DNA of 36,768 nt from Desulfurococcales archaeon (GTDB taxonomy: Archaea > Thermoproteota > Thermoprotei_A > Sulfolobales > NBVN01), in NCBI GenBank assembly GCA_021158735.1, contig JAGGUC010000048.1, positions 1-36,768 on the forward strand. Direction: 5' to 3'. Shown one piece after another: positions 20,189 through 28,560 of this stretch. Both the position numbers and the translations under genes were made by a program. Positions within the stretch are counted from its first letter, which is position 1; every line of letters begins with the position of its first letter. A model generated the notes under the pieces. That model ran no database searches. It saw only the letters and a list, made by a program, of their open reading frames with translations, and was not told where the DNA came from.

Positions 20189-21358
20189 ATGAACGGCGAA
20201 GCTGCTGTCTTCGCATGGATGCTGAACTTAGCTTTAATGCTCGCCCTTGCAAAGATTTTTGAGGCCGTAGTTGTTAGGCTCGGTCTTCCCAGGGTCGTCG
20301 GCTACGTTTCTGCTGGATTAGTGCTAGCCATCATCGGGTTTGAAATCGATGTAGTTAGTTACGCCTTTGCACTTGTAGGCATTATTGTAATGTTGTTTTA
20401 TGCCGGACTAGGCGAGACTACTAAGGAATTTATGCGAGGCCTCAAAAAGGCTGGACTAGTGGCTAGCGGAGGTGTTGTGGGCGCGCTAGCTAGCGGCCTC
20501 ATTGCGGGACTGATACTTGGGTTACCTTATAGTGAGACCTTAGCGCTGAGCGTAGCGTACTCAGCTACGTCAGTAAGCATTACTGTCAAGACCCTGGAAG
20601 AATTAGGCAGGATAGGGAGCATGGAGTCCAGAGTTATTGTTGGGGCTGCAGTAGTCGATGATGTCTTAGGTCTCTCACTAATTAGTGTCATGGTCGGGAT
20701 CGCTAAGGGTTCTTTAGATCCTTACTCGATCTTAGGTACGACGGTGCTTGCTTTCGCCTTCTGGGCGGCTATTGTAGTAAGCTCGGAGCGAATGCCTAAA
20801 CCGCTAATGAAGTTGTCGGGATGGATGAAGGTTGAAGCGTTCCACCTCACCGTAACATTCATAATTTTAATATTGCTGTCGTATCTAGCTATCTACGTTA
20901 AGTTGAGTGCCATACTCCTAGCGTACGCCTTAGGGTTAGGGCTCTCAAGTCACTACTACCTCCGTAGGAGGATAGCTACTGGTATATACCCTCTAGTAGC
21001 TATATTTACTCCATTATTTTTCGTTTATGCAGGTTCCCTAGTTGATCTGGAGGAGGTTGCGGGGGCTTTCCTAACCGGCGCATTCATTATTACTGCGTCG
21101 GTTATTTTAGTCTTCGGTTTTCTATCTAAAATACTGGGATGCGCCCTAACCGCTAAGCTGCTTGGCTTCGATAAAAAGACATCACTTATAGTTGGGGTAG
21201 GCATGGTTCCAAGAGGTGAAGTGATGCTTGTTACCGCTGCAATGGCACTAGAACTTGGAATAATGTCCTACCACGTCTACAGCGCACTCTTAACATTAAT
21301 TATAACGTCCTCCATAGCCGTTCCCATCATACTTAAGAAGATATACGCGAAAATATGA
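20189..21358 (+). CDS. Cation:proton antiporter, CPA2 (NapA/KefB-like)
   Basis: SATSVSITVKTL, AAVVDDVLG, PLFFVYAG, SKILG, GMVPRGEV. Confidence 0.92.
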   Translation: MNGEAAVFAWMLNLALMLALAKIFEAVVVRLGLPRVVGYVSAGLVLAIIGFEIDVVSYAFALVGIIVMLFYAGLGETTKEFMRGLKKAGLVASGGVVGALASGLIAGLILGLPYSETLALSVAYSATSVSITVKTLEELGRIGSMESRVIVGAAVVDDVLGLSLISVMVGIAKGSLDPYSILGTTVLAFAFWAAIVVSSERMPKPLMKLSGWMKVEAFHLTVTFIILILLSYLAIYVKLSAILLAYALGLGLSSHYYLRRRIATGIYPLVAIFTPLFFVYAGSLVDLEEVAGAFLTGAFIITASVILVFGFLSKILGCALTAKLLGFDKKTSLIVGVGMVPRGEVMLVTAAMALELGIMSYHVYSALLTLIITSSIAVPIILKKIYAKI

Positions 21359-21411
21359 TTAATGTAGCAAAATTAATGAAAAATTATTAAGTGGTTTAGA
21401 GTAATGTAGGA

Positions 21412-21861
21412 CTACTTGATCAGCCCTACAGACCTCAGTGCGTCAGCTAACATTATATTCGGGGCTACCTGATATATGAAAACACCTGCCTGAGTAAGTG
21501 CTTGGGCTAGGTTCGTGCCCATATTTGGTGCTAGTACAACCCTCACGTTCTTAGAGATCAGCCATTGAGCTAGTGCAAGTCCAGCACCCTGAGGCACTGA
21601 AGCTGCCGGGTTATCGAGTACGTTTACTGACATTACCTGACCATCCTTAACATCAATTAATGCTATGTACGGCGACCTCGCAAAAACTTGTGAGACCATA
21701 GAGTTCATGCCTTCGGCATTATTTACTGGTACTGCTACTCTTACCTCACCTGCCGGTGGGGGTGTCTGCTGAGGCTGTTGAGGAACTCCCCACCCTCTTT
21801 GCCTTCCCCAACCTCTTCTACCCCAACCTCTACCCCTCCCTCGCCCGTACCCGTAGCTCAT
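21412..21861 (-). CDS. NifB/NifX (dinitrogenase FeMo-cofactor-binding-like) family protein with an N-terminal G/R/W- and Q/P-rich extension
   Basis: VAVPV...VSQVFARSPYIALID...DNPA...GAG...QWL...NMG...AGV core. GGAAGGTGA SD upstream. Confidence 0.85.
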   Translation of the reverse strand: MSYGYGRGRGRGWGRRGWGRQRGWGVPQQPQQTPPPAGEVRVAVPVNNAEGMNSMVSQVFARSPYIALIDVKDGQVMSVNVLDNPAASVPQGAGLALAQWLISKNVRVVLAPNMGTNLAQALTQAGVFIYQVAPNIMLADALRSVGLIK

Positions 21862-21883
21862 TAACTCACCTTCCTTGACTGAG

Positions 21884-22222
21884 TCAAAACCCCGAGCTAC
21901 TTCTTGATGTTTTTCCTGTTAGCTCCTTAAGCTCCTTAATCCTCTCCTCAACACTCTTTAATTCTTCTTGAAGATCTCTGAGGTCCTCCTCAAGCTGTTT
22001 TTTGTATTCCTCCAACATCTCTAGTTCCTCCTCAGGCGTCGTCGGTGGGGGCGGGTATGGTGGATAGGGCGGTAGTGGCATATATGTTGGGTACTGCTGC
22101 GGTGTCTGAGTCTGCTGAGGTTGCTGGGGTGGCGGAGAGTACGGGTACATGTACGGGTAAGGTGGAGGCATGTACCGCATTAATCTTCGCCAATACCTGA
22201 ACCAGTACATCTTTCTCACCAT
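21884..22222 (-). CDS. Small P/Y/Q-rich protein with a C-terminal acidic coiled coil (DUF5320-like C-terminus)
   Basis: PPPYPYMYPYSPPPQQPQQ followed by TPEEELEMLEEYKKQLEEDL...EERIKELKE. Confidence 0.75.
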   Translation of the reverse strand: MVRKMYWFRYWRRLMRYMPPPYPYMYPYSPPPQQPQQTQTPQQYPTYMPLPPYPPYPPPPTTPEEELEMLEEYKKQLEEDLRDLQEELKSVEERIKELKELTGKTSRSSSGF

Positions 22223-22342
22223 GTAATTTTTGGACTTTGCACATTAATAACACTATATGAAGTACCCTGCTTTGGTTTGTTTAAGGAGGTAGTTTTTCAA
22301 GCTTTACTGAATTTATTAATGTGGAAGGTAGAGGTGTTGTGT

Positions 22343-22684
22343 ATGAGTCGTGAAGGTCCGCCTTGGAGATGGTGCTGGAGGCGTGAAGGGAGAGGGAGAA
22401 GACCTAAGCCTAGGTTCATAAGGTTTCAGACGACGCAGGTAGTTTTCGCACCGCTAGACGAGTCAGGGCGTCCAGTAGAAGGTGAGCCCATATATATGAA
22501 CCCCGATGAACTTGAGGCACTTCGACTGGTTTACTACTTAGGGTTAACGCAGGAGGAAGCAGCTGAGAAAATGGGTGTCTCCAGAGGGACTCTTTGGAGA
22601 GCGCTGAGTAGTGGGAGGAAAAAAATTATTTCAGCCTTAATTGAGAGGAGACCGCTGATACTTATGTCTGGCCCGCCTCTGTAG
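22343..22684 (+). CDS. DUF134 (UPF0251) family HTH protein
   Basis: GRRPKPR, ELEALRLVYYLGLTQEEAAEKMGVSRGTLWRALSSGRKKI. Start moved to ATG 22343, which follows a GAGGTG SD. Confidence 0.9.
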   Translation: MSREGPPWRWCWRREGRGRRPKPRFIRFQTTQVVFAPLDESGRPVEGEPIYMNPDELEALRLVYYLGLTQEEAAEKMGVSRGTLWRALSSGRKKIISALIERRPLILMSGPPL

Positions 22685-22874
22685 CTGGTGTTGCTACCTT
22701 AACTGCTGCTTCTGCATATTTCCTCCACATATCAAGCATTACCTTGTACATCTCAATATAGTACATCATTGCTATAAATCCCATCCACATACTTGACCAT
22801 GCATACATTGCCGCGAATGGGTCAGGCAGGTACGGCGGCATCCCCCAGTAGTAGGGGTTATATGGGTATGCCAT
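22662..22874 (-). CDS. Small Y/M/W/P-rich hypothetical protein (70 aa)
   Basis: ATG 22874 preceded by GGCGAGGTGG SD, directly downstream of the 22895-23164 gene. Sequence MAYPYNPYYWGMPPYLPDPFAAMYAWSSMWMGFIAMMYYIEMYKVMLDMWRKY... Confidence 0.65.
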   Translation of the reverse strand: MAYPYNPYYWGMPPYLPDPFAAMYAWSSMWMGFIAMMYYIEMYKVMLDMWRKYAEAAVKVATPATEAGQT

Positions 22875-22894
22875 AACTGCCCACCTCGCCTGCG

Positions 22895-23164
22895 TCACCA
22901 TGTTGGTGGGTAAGGGTATCCGTACATGTACGGTGTAGGGTACCAGTAGTGTGAGTAATAAGGCATCATCCAAGGCCAGTACCACCTAAGCCCCCATGGA
23001 GCACCGTAGAGCCACCAGCACGCACCTCTACCAAACAACCAGCCGGGCCTCTGCCAAGGCGGTAGGTAGCTGAAGGGACCTCTACCAGGCCATGGGCCTG
23101 ACCAACCGCCTCTACCTCTGCCTCCTCTCCACCCCCAACCTAGTCCGCTGAACCACCATGCCAT
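22895..23164 (-). CDS. Small G/R/W/Y/P-rich protein (DUF5320-like N-terminus)
   Basis: GWGWRGGRGRGGWSGPWPGRGPFSYLPPWQRPGWLFGRGACWW and a PY-rich tail. GTGGTGG SD and TTTATAAG TATA box upstream. Confidence 0.75.
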   Translation of the reverse strand: MAWWFSGLGWGWRGGRGRGGWSGPWPGRGPFSYLPPWQRPGWLFGRGACWWLYGAPWGLRWYWPWMMPYYSHYWYPTPYMYGYPYPPTW

Positions 23165-23182
23165 ACACTACCACCACTTTTT

Positions 23183-23224
23183 TGTGCGTATGCTCACTTA
23201 TAAACTTTCAGCATATGAACGAAA
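23183..23224 (-). promoter_or_regulatory. TATA box flanked by two CATATG-centred imperfect palindromes
   Basis: TGTGCGTATGCTCA 23183-23196, TATA (TTTATAAG on minus) 23197-23204, TTTCAGCATATGAACGAAA 23206-23224. Confidence 0.55.
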
Positions 23225-23245
23225 TTCACTTAAACCTTCCAAGAC

Positions 23246-23628
23246 TTAGCGTTTACTCGTTCTATAGTGCCTCCTGAGCAACCTTAAATACTTCCTGAGA
23301 AGTTTAAATCCAATTCTCCACTCCTCCGAAGTTATCGTGTCTGATAGTGGGCACACATCATCTACTGCAGGACCTACTCCTTAACATATACTATAGGGTA
23401 TATCCCGCATCCTAGTGGCCTGTACTGATATATCTTGCAGGTGCCCTCTATCAGGTTGTAGAAGTAGCAGTAACCGTCGACATTCCTTAATCTCCAATAG
23501 CCTTCACTCCAAACGGTGAAATCCTGTACCTGATAACCCAGCTCCTTAATTACTGTGATGTCTTCTGGCAGGAGGATCATTTCAGTTTCCATATAGCACA
23601 GACTACACTTAAGGCATTCAGACCTCAT
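23246..23628 (-). pseudogene. YkgJ/UPF0153 (CxxCxxCC) cysteine-cluster protein, frameshifted
   Basis: The frame stops at 23374 (YPIVYVKE*), but the expected C-terminus continues in another frame from 23380 (GVGPAVDDVCPLSDTITSEEWRIGFKLLRKY...*). The CxxCxxCC motif reads CLKCSLCY. Confidence 0.75.
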
Positions 23629-23672
23629 GAAAGCCCCTGGCCCAGCAGTCACTTCAGCAGCCCTCGCCCCAA

Positions 23673-24140
23673 TTACTCAGCTATGTATTGCTTAAGTACT
23701 ACGTTAAACCTACACGTACATGTAGGCCTCCCCATACCGCCAGCTACAATGAGTTCTCCGTGGGGACACCTAGACGGCCTTCCCAGCAGACACCATAACT
23801 TATCAACTATGTGCTTGGGTATGCTCAACTCTATGTCCCTTGCTACATGACATGCCTCCTCTACGCTTAGCCCCAACCTAGTCAGGGCTGACTCAATAAC
23901 TCCGTGCCTCCAAATAATCTCTAAGCACAAATCGATGCCCTCCTTTGTCAGCCTAATGCCCCTGCCTACCCTCTCAATCAGCCCCCATTTAACCAGCTTC
24001 TTAATCATGAGTGATGCTGTTGATTTTGAAACTCCGAGTGCTTTAGCTACGTCAACTACTCTAGCAGTGCCTTTAAAGGTGCAGTGCTCATATACGGTTA
24101 TTAAGTAGTCGATATCACGTGTACTCAGTAAGCCGACCAT
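23673..24140 (-). CDS. DtxR/MntR-family metal-dependent repressor
   Basis: DYLITVY, ARVVDVAKALGVSKSTAS, LTKEG, RHGVIE, PSRCPHG. Directly downstream of, and overlapping, the metal ABC permease gene. Confidence 0.88.
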   Translation of the reverse strand: MVGLLSTRDIDYLITVYEHCTFKGTARVVDVAKALGVSKSTASLMIKKLVKWGLIERVGRGIRLTKEGIDLCLEIIWRHGVIESALTRLGLSVEEACHVARDIELSIPKHIVDKLWCLLGRPSRCPHGELIVAGGMGRPTCTCRFNVVLKQYIAE

Positions 24141-24961
24141 TTCCTAACACCTAGTAGTGCATATATTACTGTTGCTGAAGCAAAAATACCTACACCTGCC
24201 GATGGAGGTAACTCGAGGGCTAGTGCTAGAACGTACCCTGACGCCATGATCAGAAGGGATGAAGCATAGGCTACTGCATGAATTTTTCTGACAGCAGCCC
24301 TAACAGCGATCAGGCCAGGAGCGGTGAGGACTACGTGGGTAAGTAACACCCCTAGTGACATAGCAAGTGATGTAGCGGTAGCTGCCGTTAATGAGTATAG
24401 GAGGTACCTGTAGTACCTAACTCTAAGCCCCATCGAGTACGCACCTTCGGGGTCGAAGAAAACGTACTTAAACTCGCCCCAAAACATGTGTATTAACGGT
24501 ATAACTATTATTGCAGTAGCTGCCAGCCTAGCAACATCACCTGCTGTAGCGAGGGCTGATGTTCCGAAGACATAGCTCATAGCCTTTGAAACACCTAAAG
24601 GGGACATGAAGCTCAGGTAGTAAGTCAGTATCACAGTTGTTGTGACTGATAAGCACACTGAGGTAGCTATAGCTGAATCTTCCGGAAGCCCTCTGTTGAT
24701 GGCCTCAGCAGTCAATACCGAAATCAAGATCGATACAAGCGCGGCAGTGACTACTGGAGGGACAGGGAGGTGTGCGACATCAGTTAGGAAGACACCTACT
24801 AAGCCTCCGGCAAGAACCGAGTGAAGTAGTGTGATGCCGAACGTGATGGATCTAGCAACAACCAGTGCCGGACTTACTGAACCAACTAGGGCACTACCCA
24901 ATAGCGCAGTAGCCGCGCTCATTATCAGTAGGTAGCTACTTCCTGAGGGCATGATCTTCAC
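24125..24961 (-). CDS. Zn/Mn-type ABC transporter permease (ZnuB/ABC-3 family)
   Basis: LLHSVLAG, SYVFG, FFDPEGAYSMGL, LELPPSAG. The exact start is uncertain (24952-24961). Confidence 0.88.
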   Translation of the reverse strand: MKIMPSGSSYLLIMSAATALLGSALVGSVSPALVVARSITFGITLLHSVLAGGLVGVFLTDVAHLPVPPVVTAALVSILISVLTAEAINRGLPEDSAIATSVCLSVTTTVILTYYLSFMSPLGVSKAMSYVFGTSALATAGDVARLAATAIIVIPLIHMFWGEFKYVFFDPEGAYSMGLRVRYYRYLLYSLTAATATSLAMSLGVLLTHVVLTAPGLIAVRAAVRKIHAVAYASSLLIMASGYVLALALELPPSAGVGIFASATVIYALLGVRKWSAY

Positions 24962-25727
24962 CGAGAATTATGAGACCTTTCACTTCAGTAAGCCCGGGGT
25001 ATGCAGCCTTAAGTATGTCCAGCCTCAGCACCTGGCTCGGCTTACCTATAGCGAAAACCTTCTTATTAATAAGAATGACCGTCGGCTCGTATGCCATGCA
25101 GGGCGAGAGTTCATGGGCCGACATCAAAACATCTACACCGAGTGTCCTGTGGATCCTGTACAGTAACTCAACAACCTCGCACTTTACTTTAAAGTCAAGC
25201 ATTGAGTACGGCTCGTCGAGAATCAGTAACTTCGGTCTTCTTATTAAGGCCCTAGCAAGCAACACACGTTGTCTCTCACCACCGCTCAATTCACTAAATA
25301 ACTTGTCCTCATAATCGCTTAGCTCAACTAAACTCAAATATTCTTTTACCTTCTTCTTTACGGTGCCTGAAATAACTCTAGGGGGAGGTAGCTTTGACAG
25401 TAGCCCCATAGCAACTACTTCCTCGACAGTCACCGGCGCTAGAGCGTCAACATTAATTACTTGCGGTACATAACCAACTACTTCAGCAATAGCTCCCATA
25501 TCACGCCATGGCACTAAGCCGTAGATGCTGGCACGCCCCTTTACAGGCTTTAAGAGTCCTATCAATGCCCTAATAAGTGTTGTCTTACCCGCACCGTTGG
25601 GGCCCATTAAAATCGCAAAGAATGGTGACTTGAGGGCGAATGAAGCATCATGTACTACTGGCTCCCTGCCATATGACAGGGTAACGTCCTTAACTTCAAC
25701 GTGTTTATCAGGTAGAGCGCTAACCAC
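24936..25727 (-). CDS. Zn/Mn-type ABC transporter ATPase (ZnuC-like)
   Basis: GPNGAGKTT, GYVPQ, LSGGERQRVLLARAL, LILDEP, SAHE. Confidence 0.93.
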   Translation of the reverse strand: MVSALPDKHVEVKDVTLSYGREPVVHDASFALKSPFFAILMGPNGAGKTTLIRALIGLLKPVKGRASIYGLVPWRDMGAIAEVVGYVPQVINVDALAPVTVEEVVAMGLLSKLPPPRVISGTVKKKVKEYLSLVELSDYEDKLFSELSGGERQRVLLARALIRRPKLLILDEPYSMLDFKVKCEVVELLYRIHRTLGVDVLMSAHELSPCMAYEPTVILINKKVFAIGKPSQVLRLDILKAAYPGLTEVKGLIILGEDHALRK

Positions 25728-26829
25728 TGCTGACCACCCTTGATTCGATGTACCTTCTTTGTAGAGTGACTACGACCGCCAGTACAATAACAAGGACGGC
25801 CTCAGATATAGCTAATGTAGTAGCTAAGTTATTGATACCAAATACCTCCTCCTCGCCCCACTCCCTCTGGTGGCTCATGCCGATAGAGTTCGCTTTAATG
25901 TCGCTGAGCTGCGCAGCTAGTACAGCAGGAATTAGGTTTGGAGTACTTGATAGTGTGCTAGCAGGTACTATTATATATGGTATCCTATTTAACTTAAGTA
26001 ACTCAAGAACTTTAGGATATCTTACCGCCATAGTATCCGTGATTAGAACAGCATCATATGCACCCCTATCATACCCGCTAACTAAAGTCTTCAGCGCACC
26101 CTCACTTAGTTCTGTCCCGGGTTCATTAAGCACTATCCCTATGCACTTAAGTCCTAAGTCATGAGCTACGTACTGAAGTATAGGTGTGAAGAGAATCACC
26201 CTCATACCGTACGGTACTAACCCGCGCACGGACTGATTCTCCATAGTAATTAATTTCTTAAACTCCTGAAGCCTGCTGTAGTAGTAGCTCCCGTGATTAG
26301 GGTCCACCTCAGCAAGAACTTCAGTAACCGCGGCCGCAGCCGCTACTAGGCCTGAGTAACTCATTAGGTACCCGTGAGGATTTACCCTACCAGTCCCTGG
26401 GTTCACCATTAATTTAAGTCCATGCCTTAAGTAATCCCTATAATCTACTATACTAGCCCTCACAACACCATCTCTCACCAGCTCACTAATCCTAGCCTCT
26501 ATGATGAGATGTGATGGACCTGTCATTAACACTACAGTAGCATTACTCAGCGAATTCACTAAAAAGGAGGTTGACGGCTCAAAATGATGAGGGTCAACAC
26601 CAGCAGGTACAAGAGAGTAAACAACCACCTCATCACCACCTATGAAAGATGCGACATACTTCAGTGACGCTGAGGTAACAGCAACAACCACCCTCCCACT
26701 ATCCAAACCAGCACTACCCCCACTTACTGCAGAAACGGTGAAGGTAGTACAGTGTACGAAGCAACCTAGAGCAACTAAAATAAACAGGAGGAGTACTGCG
26801 CTAACCACACGGCGCCTGACTTCATACAT
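25720..26829 (-). CDS. Zn/Mn-type ABC transporter substrate-binding protein (ZnuA/TroA family) with a C-terminal TM anchor
   Basis: Signal peptide, LVPAGVDPHHFEP, NPHGYL, EVDPNHGSYY, C-terminal hydrophobic helix followed by QRR. Confidence 0.88.
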   Translation of the reverse strand: MYEVRRRVVSAVLLLFILVALGCFVHCTTFTVSAVSGGSAGLDSGRVVVAVTSASLKYVASFIGGDEVVVYSLVPAGVDPHHFEPSTSFLVNSLSNATVVLMTGPSHLIIEARISELVRDGVVRASIVDYRDYLRHGLKLMVNPGTGRVNPHGYLMSYSGLVAAAAAVTEVLAEVDPNHGSYYYSRLQEFKKLITMENQSVRGLVPYGMRVILFTPILQYVAHDLGLKCIGIVLNEPGTELSEGALKTLVSGYDRGAYDAVLITDTMAVRYPKVLELLKLNRIPYIIVPASTLSSTPNLIPAVLAAQLSDIKANSIGMSHQREWGEEEVFGINNLATTLAISEAVLVIVLAVVVTLQRRYIESRVVSSG

Positions 26830-26981
26830 TACATCTCCCTAAGTTTTATGGTGTAAAACAGCTAATACAAGTTACTAATACCTAACGCCCTAGGACAACA
26901 GCACGGTGCTGGCTACTGTAGCAGGCTCCCTCATACCTTAATAACATATAATACATATTAATTTATGTCTAGGTGATTTAA

Positions 26982-27527
26982 TTGAGGTACGTGGGTATAG
27001 CAGCGTACTCCGGTCCCCCGCCAGACCACCTTAAAGCTGCTGCTGAGGAATTTCTCCATAACTTAGCTCTATGTAGATCAGCTGAAGACACCGTTGTTGT
27101 TACTGGTGGGTATTGGGGTTTAATGAAGTACGTAGTGGATCAGGCCCTCTCAATAGGTTTTAAGGTCACCATTATTCCTCCGCTAGAAATGGAGGACATA
27201 AGATTTCCTCTCAAAGCCCTAGTCATTAGGACTGGTACGTCGTTTAGAGTGAGGAGCATATTTTTAGTACGCACAGTAGAGGTACTTGTTGCGTTGGGAG
27301 GCGCAGCAGGTACTATGCAGGAAGTAGTGACAGCGTATACTGAGGGGGTGCCAGTATTTGTTTTAGGCATGACCGGGCTACCGACTGATAAGCTATACAG
27401 TCTGTCACCATACCTTGACGACAGGAAGAGATCTGAAGTAAAGTACTTTAATGATCCGAAGTCACTAGCGCAAGCAGTCTGCAAGTACCTCGAAGAGACA
27501 CCGCCTAAAGGATGGGCGGGGCTGTAA
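26982..27527 (+). CDS. LOG/TIGR00725-like Rossmann-fold nucleotide-binding protein
   Basis: VTGGYWGLM, RSIFLV, ALGGAAGTMQE, GVPVFVL. AGGTGA SD upstream. Confidence 0.82.
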   Translation: MRYVGIAAYSGPPPDHLKAAAEEFLHNLALCRSAEDTVVVTGGYWGLMKYVVDQALSIGFKVTIIPPLEMEDIRFPLKALVIRTGTSFRVRSIFLVRTVEVLVALGGAAGTMQEVVTAYTEGVPVFVLGMTGLPTDKLYSLSPYLDDRKRSEVKYFNDPKSLAQAVCKYLEETPPKGWAGL

Positions 27528-27531
27528 TACC

Positions 27532-28527
27532 GTGCATGAAGGTCTTGGCAGGGCCGTAATAGCTGTAGATGTGGGGGCCACTAACTTAAGAGTAGGGATT
27601 TTTGACTTAAGTGCCTCTTTACTGAAGGTGGAGGTTACTAGGACACCCAGGTCGGGAGGACATGACGCGGTAGCTGACTCAATAAAGTATATTGCTGACA
27701 ATATGCTCAGATCTCTAGGAATTAGGCATGTAGTAGGAGTTGGTGTAGGTACTATAGGTCCTCTTAACATTAGAGAAGGAGTCGTCGTCAATACCCCAAA
27801 CAATCCGATCAGGACTTTCAGACTCAAGGCACCTCTTGAGGAGTTTTTTGATGTGCCTGCATACGTAGTGAATGACTGTGTAGCTGCTGTTTGGGGCGAG
27901 TTTAATGCTGGCAGCTTCAGAGAAGCCAAGAATATGGTCTATATTACGTTAAGCACTGGTATTGGCGCAGGCGTGATTGTAGATGGGCACCTCCTGCTAG
28001 GGAAGGACGGGAACGCACATGAAGTCGGGCACATAACAGTAAATTATAAGTATGGTGTCCGCTGTGGGTGTGGAGGTATAGGGCACTGGGAGGCTATTGC
28101 CTCAGGAGCTAATATCCCTAAATTTGCTGAGGAGGTATCCAAGAACTGGCATGGCAGTAAAACAGCAGCGTATTTTTTGGCATGTAAAGGCGGCTTAACT
28201 CCAGAAGACTTATTTAAGCATTGGAGGTTAGGTGACGAGTTTGCTACCTACGTCATCAATGAGCTTGTTGAGGTTAATGCTGCGGGCTTAGGGAGCGTTA
28301 TTAATGTGTATGACCCGGAAGTCATTACGCTCGGCGGATCTATAGCCATTAATAACACTGACTTCATAGAAAAAGTCGTGCAGAACGTCAGTAAGTACGC
28401 AATTAATAAAATACCTAAAATATCGTTAACCTCACTAGGTGAGAAAGCCGTGCTTGTAGGTGCTGCATACCTCATCCTAAACACACCTGAAGAGCTACCT
28501 AAAATTCAAGGTAGTACACACCAATAA
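27532..28527 (+). CDS. ROK-family ATP-dependent glucokinase/hexokinase
   Basis: VDVGATNLR, VNDCVAAVWGE, TLSTGIGAG, GNAHEVGH, CGCGGIGHWE. Confidence 0.92.
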   Translation: MHEGLGRAVIAVDVGATNLRVGIFDLSASLLKVEVTRTPRSGGHDAVADSIKYIADNMLRSLGIRHVVGVGVGTIGPLNIREGVVVNTPNNPIRTFRLKAPLEEFFDVPAYVVNDCVAAVWGEFNAGSFREAKNMVYITLSTGIGAGVIVDGHLLLGKDGNAHEVGHITVNYKYGVRCGCGGIGHWEAIASGANIPKFAEEVSKNWHGSKTAAYFLACKGGLTPEDLFKHWRLGDEFATYVINELVEVNAAGLGSVINVYDPEVITLGGSIAINNTDFIEKVVQNVSKYAINKIPKISLTSLGEKAVLVGAAYLILNTPEELPKIQGSTHQ

Positions 28528-28560
28528 GGTTCATAAGGTTAAATCAAAATTTCATTAGGT

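Noticed and set aside
21412..21861. NifB/NifX-like gene as evidence of nitrogen fixation
   Set aside because: There are no nifH, nifD or nifK genes here, and this domain is common in non-diazotrophic archaea.
22032..22253. 73-aa alternative-frame ORF overlapping the P/Y/Q-rich gene
   Set aside because: The 21884-22222 frame has the recognisable coiled-coil motif, so this frame is a by-product.
22875..22985. N-terminal extension of the 22662-22985 ORF given in the track
   Set aside because: It overlaps the 22895-23164 gene, and a strong SD supports ATG 22874 instead.
26501..26590. Further ATGATGA (C-box-like) hits inside coding regions
   Set aside because: No properly spaced D'/C'/D boxes. 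They are explained by His/Ile codons on the opposite strand.
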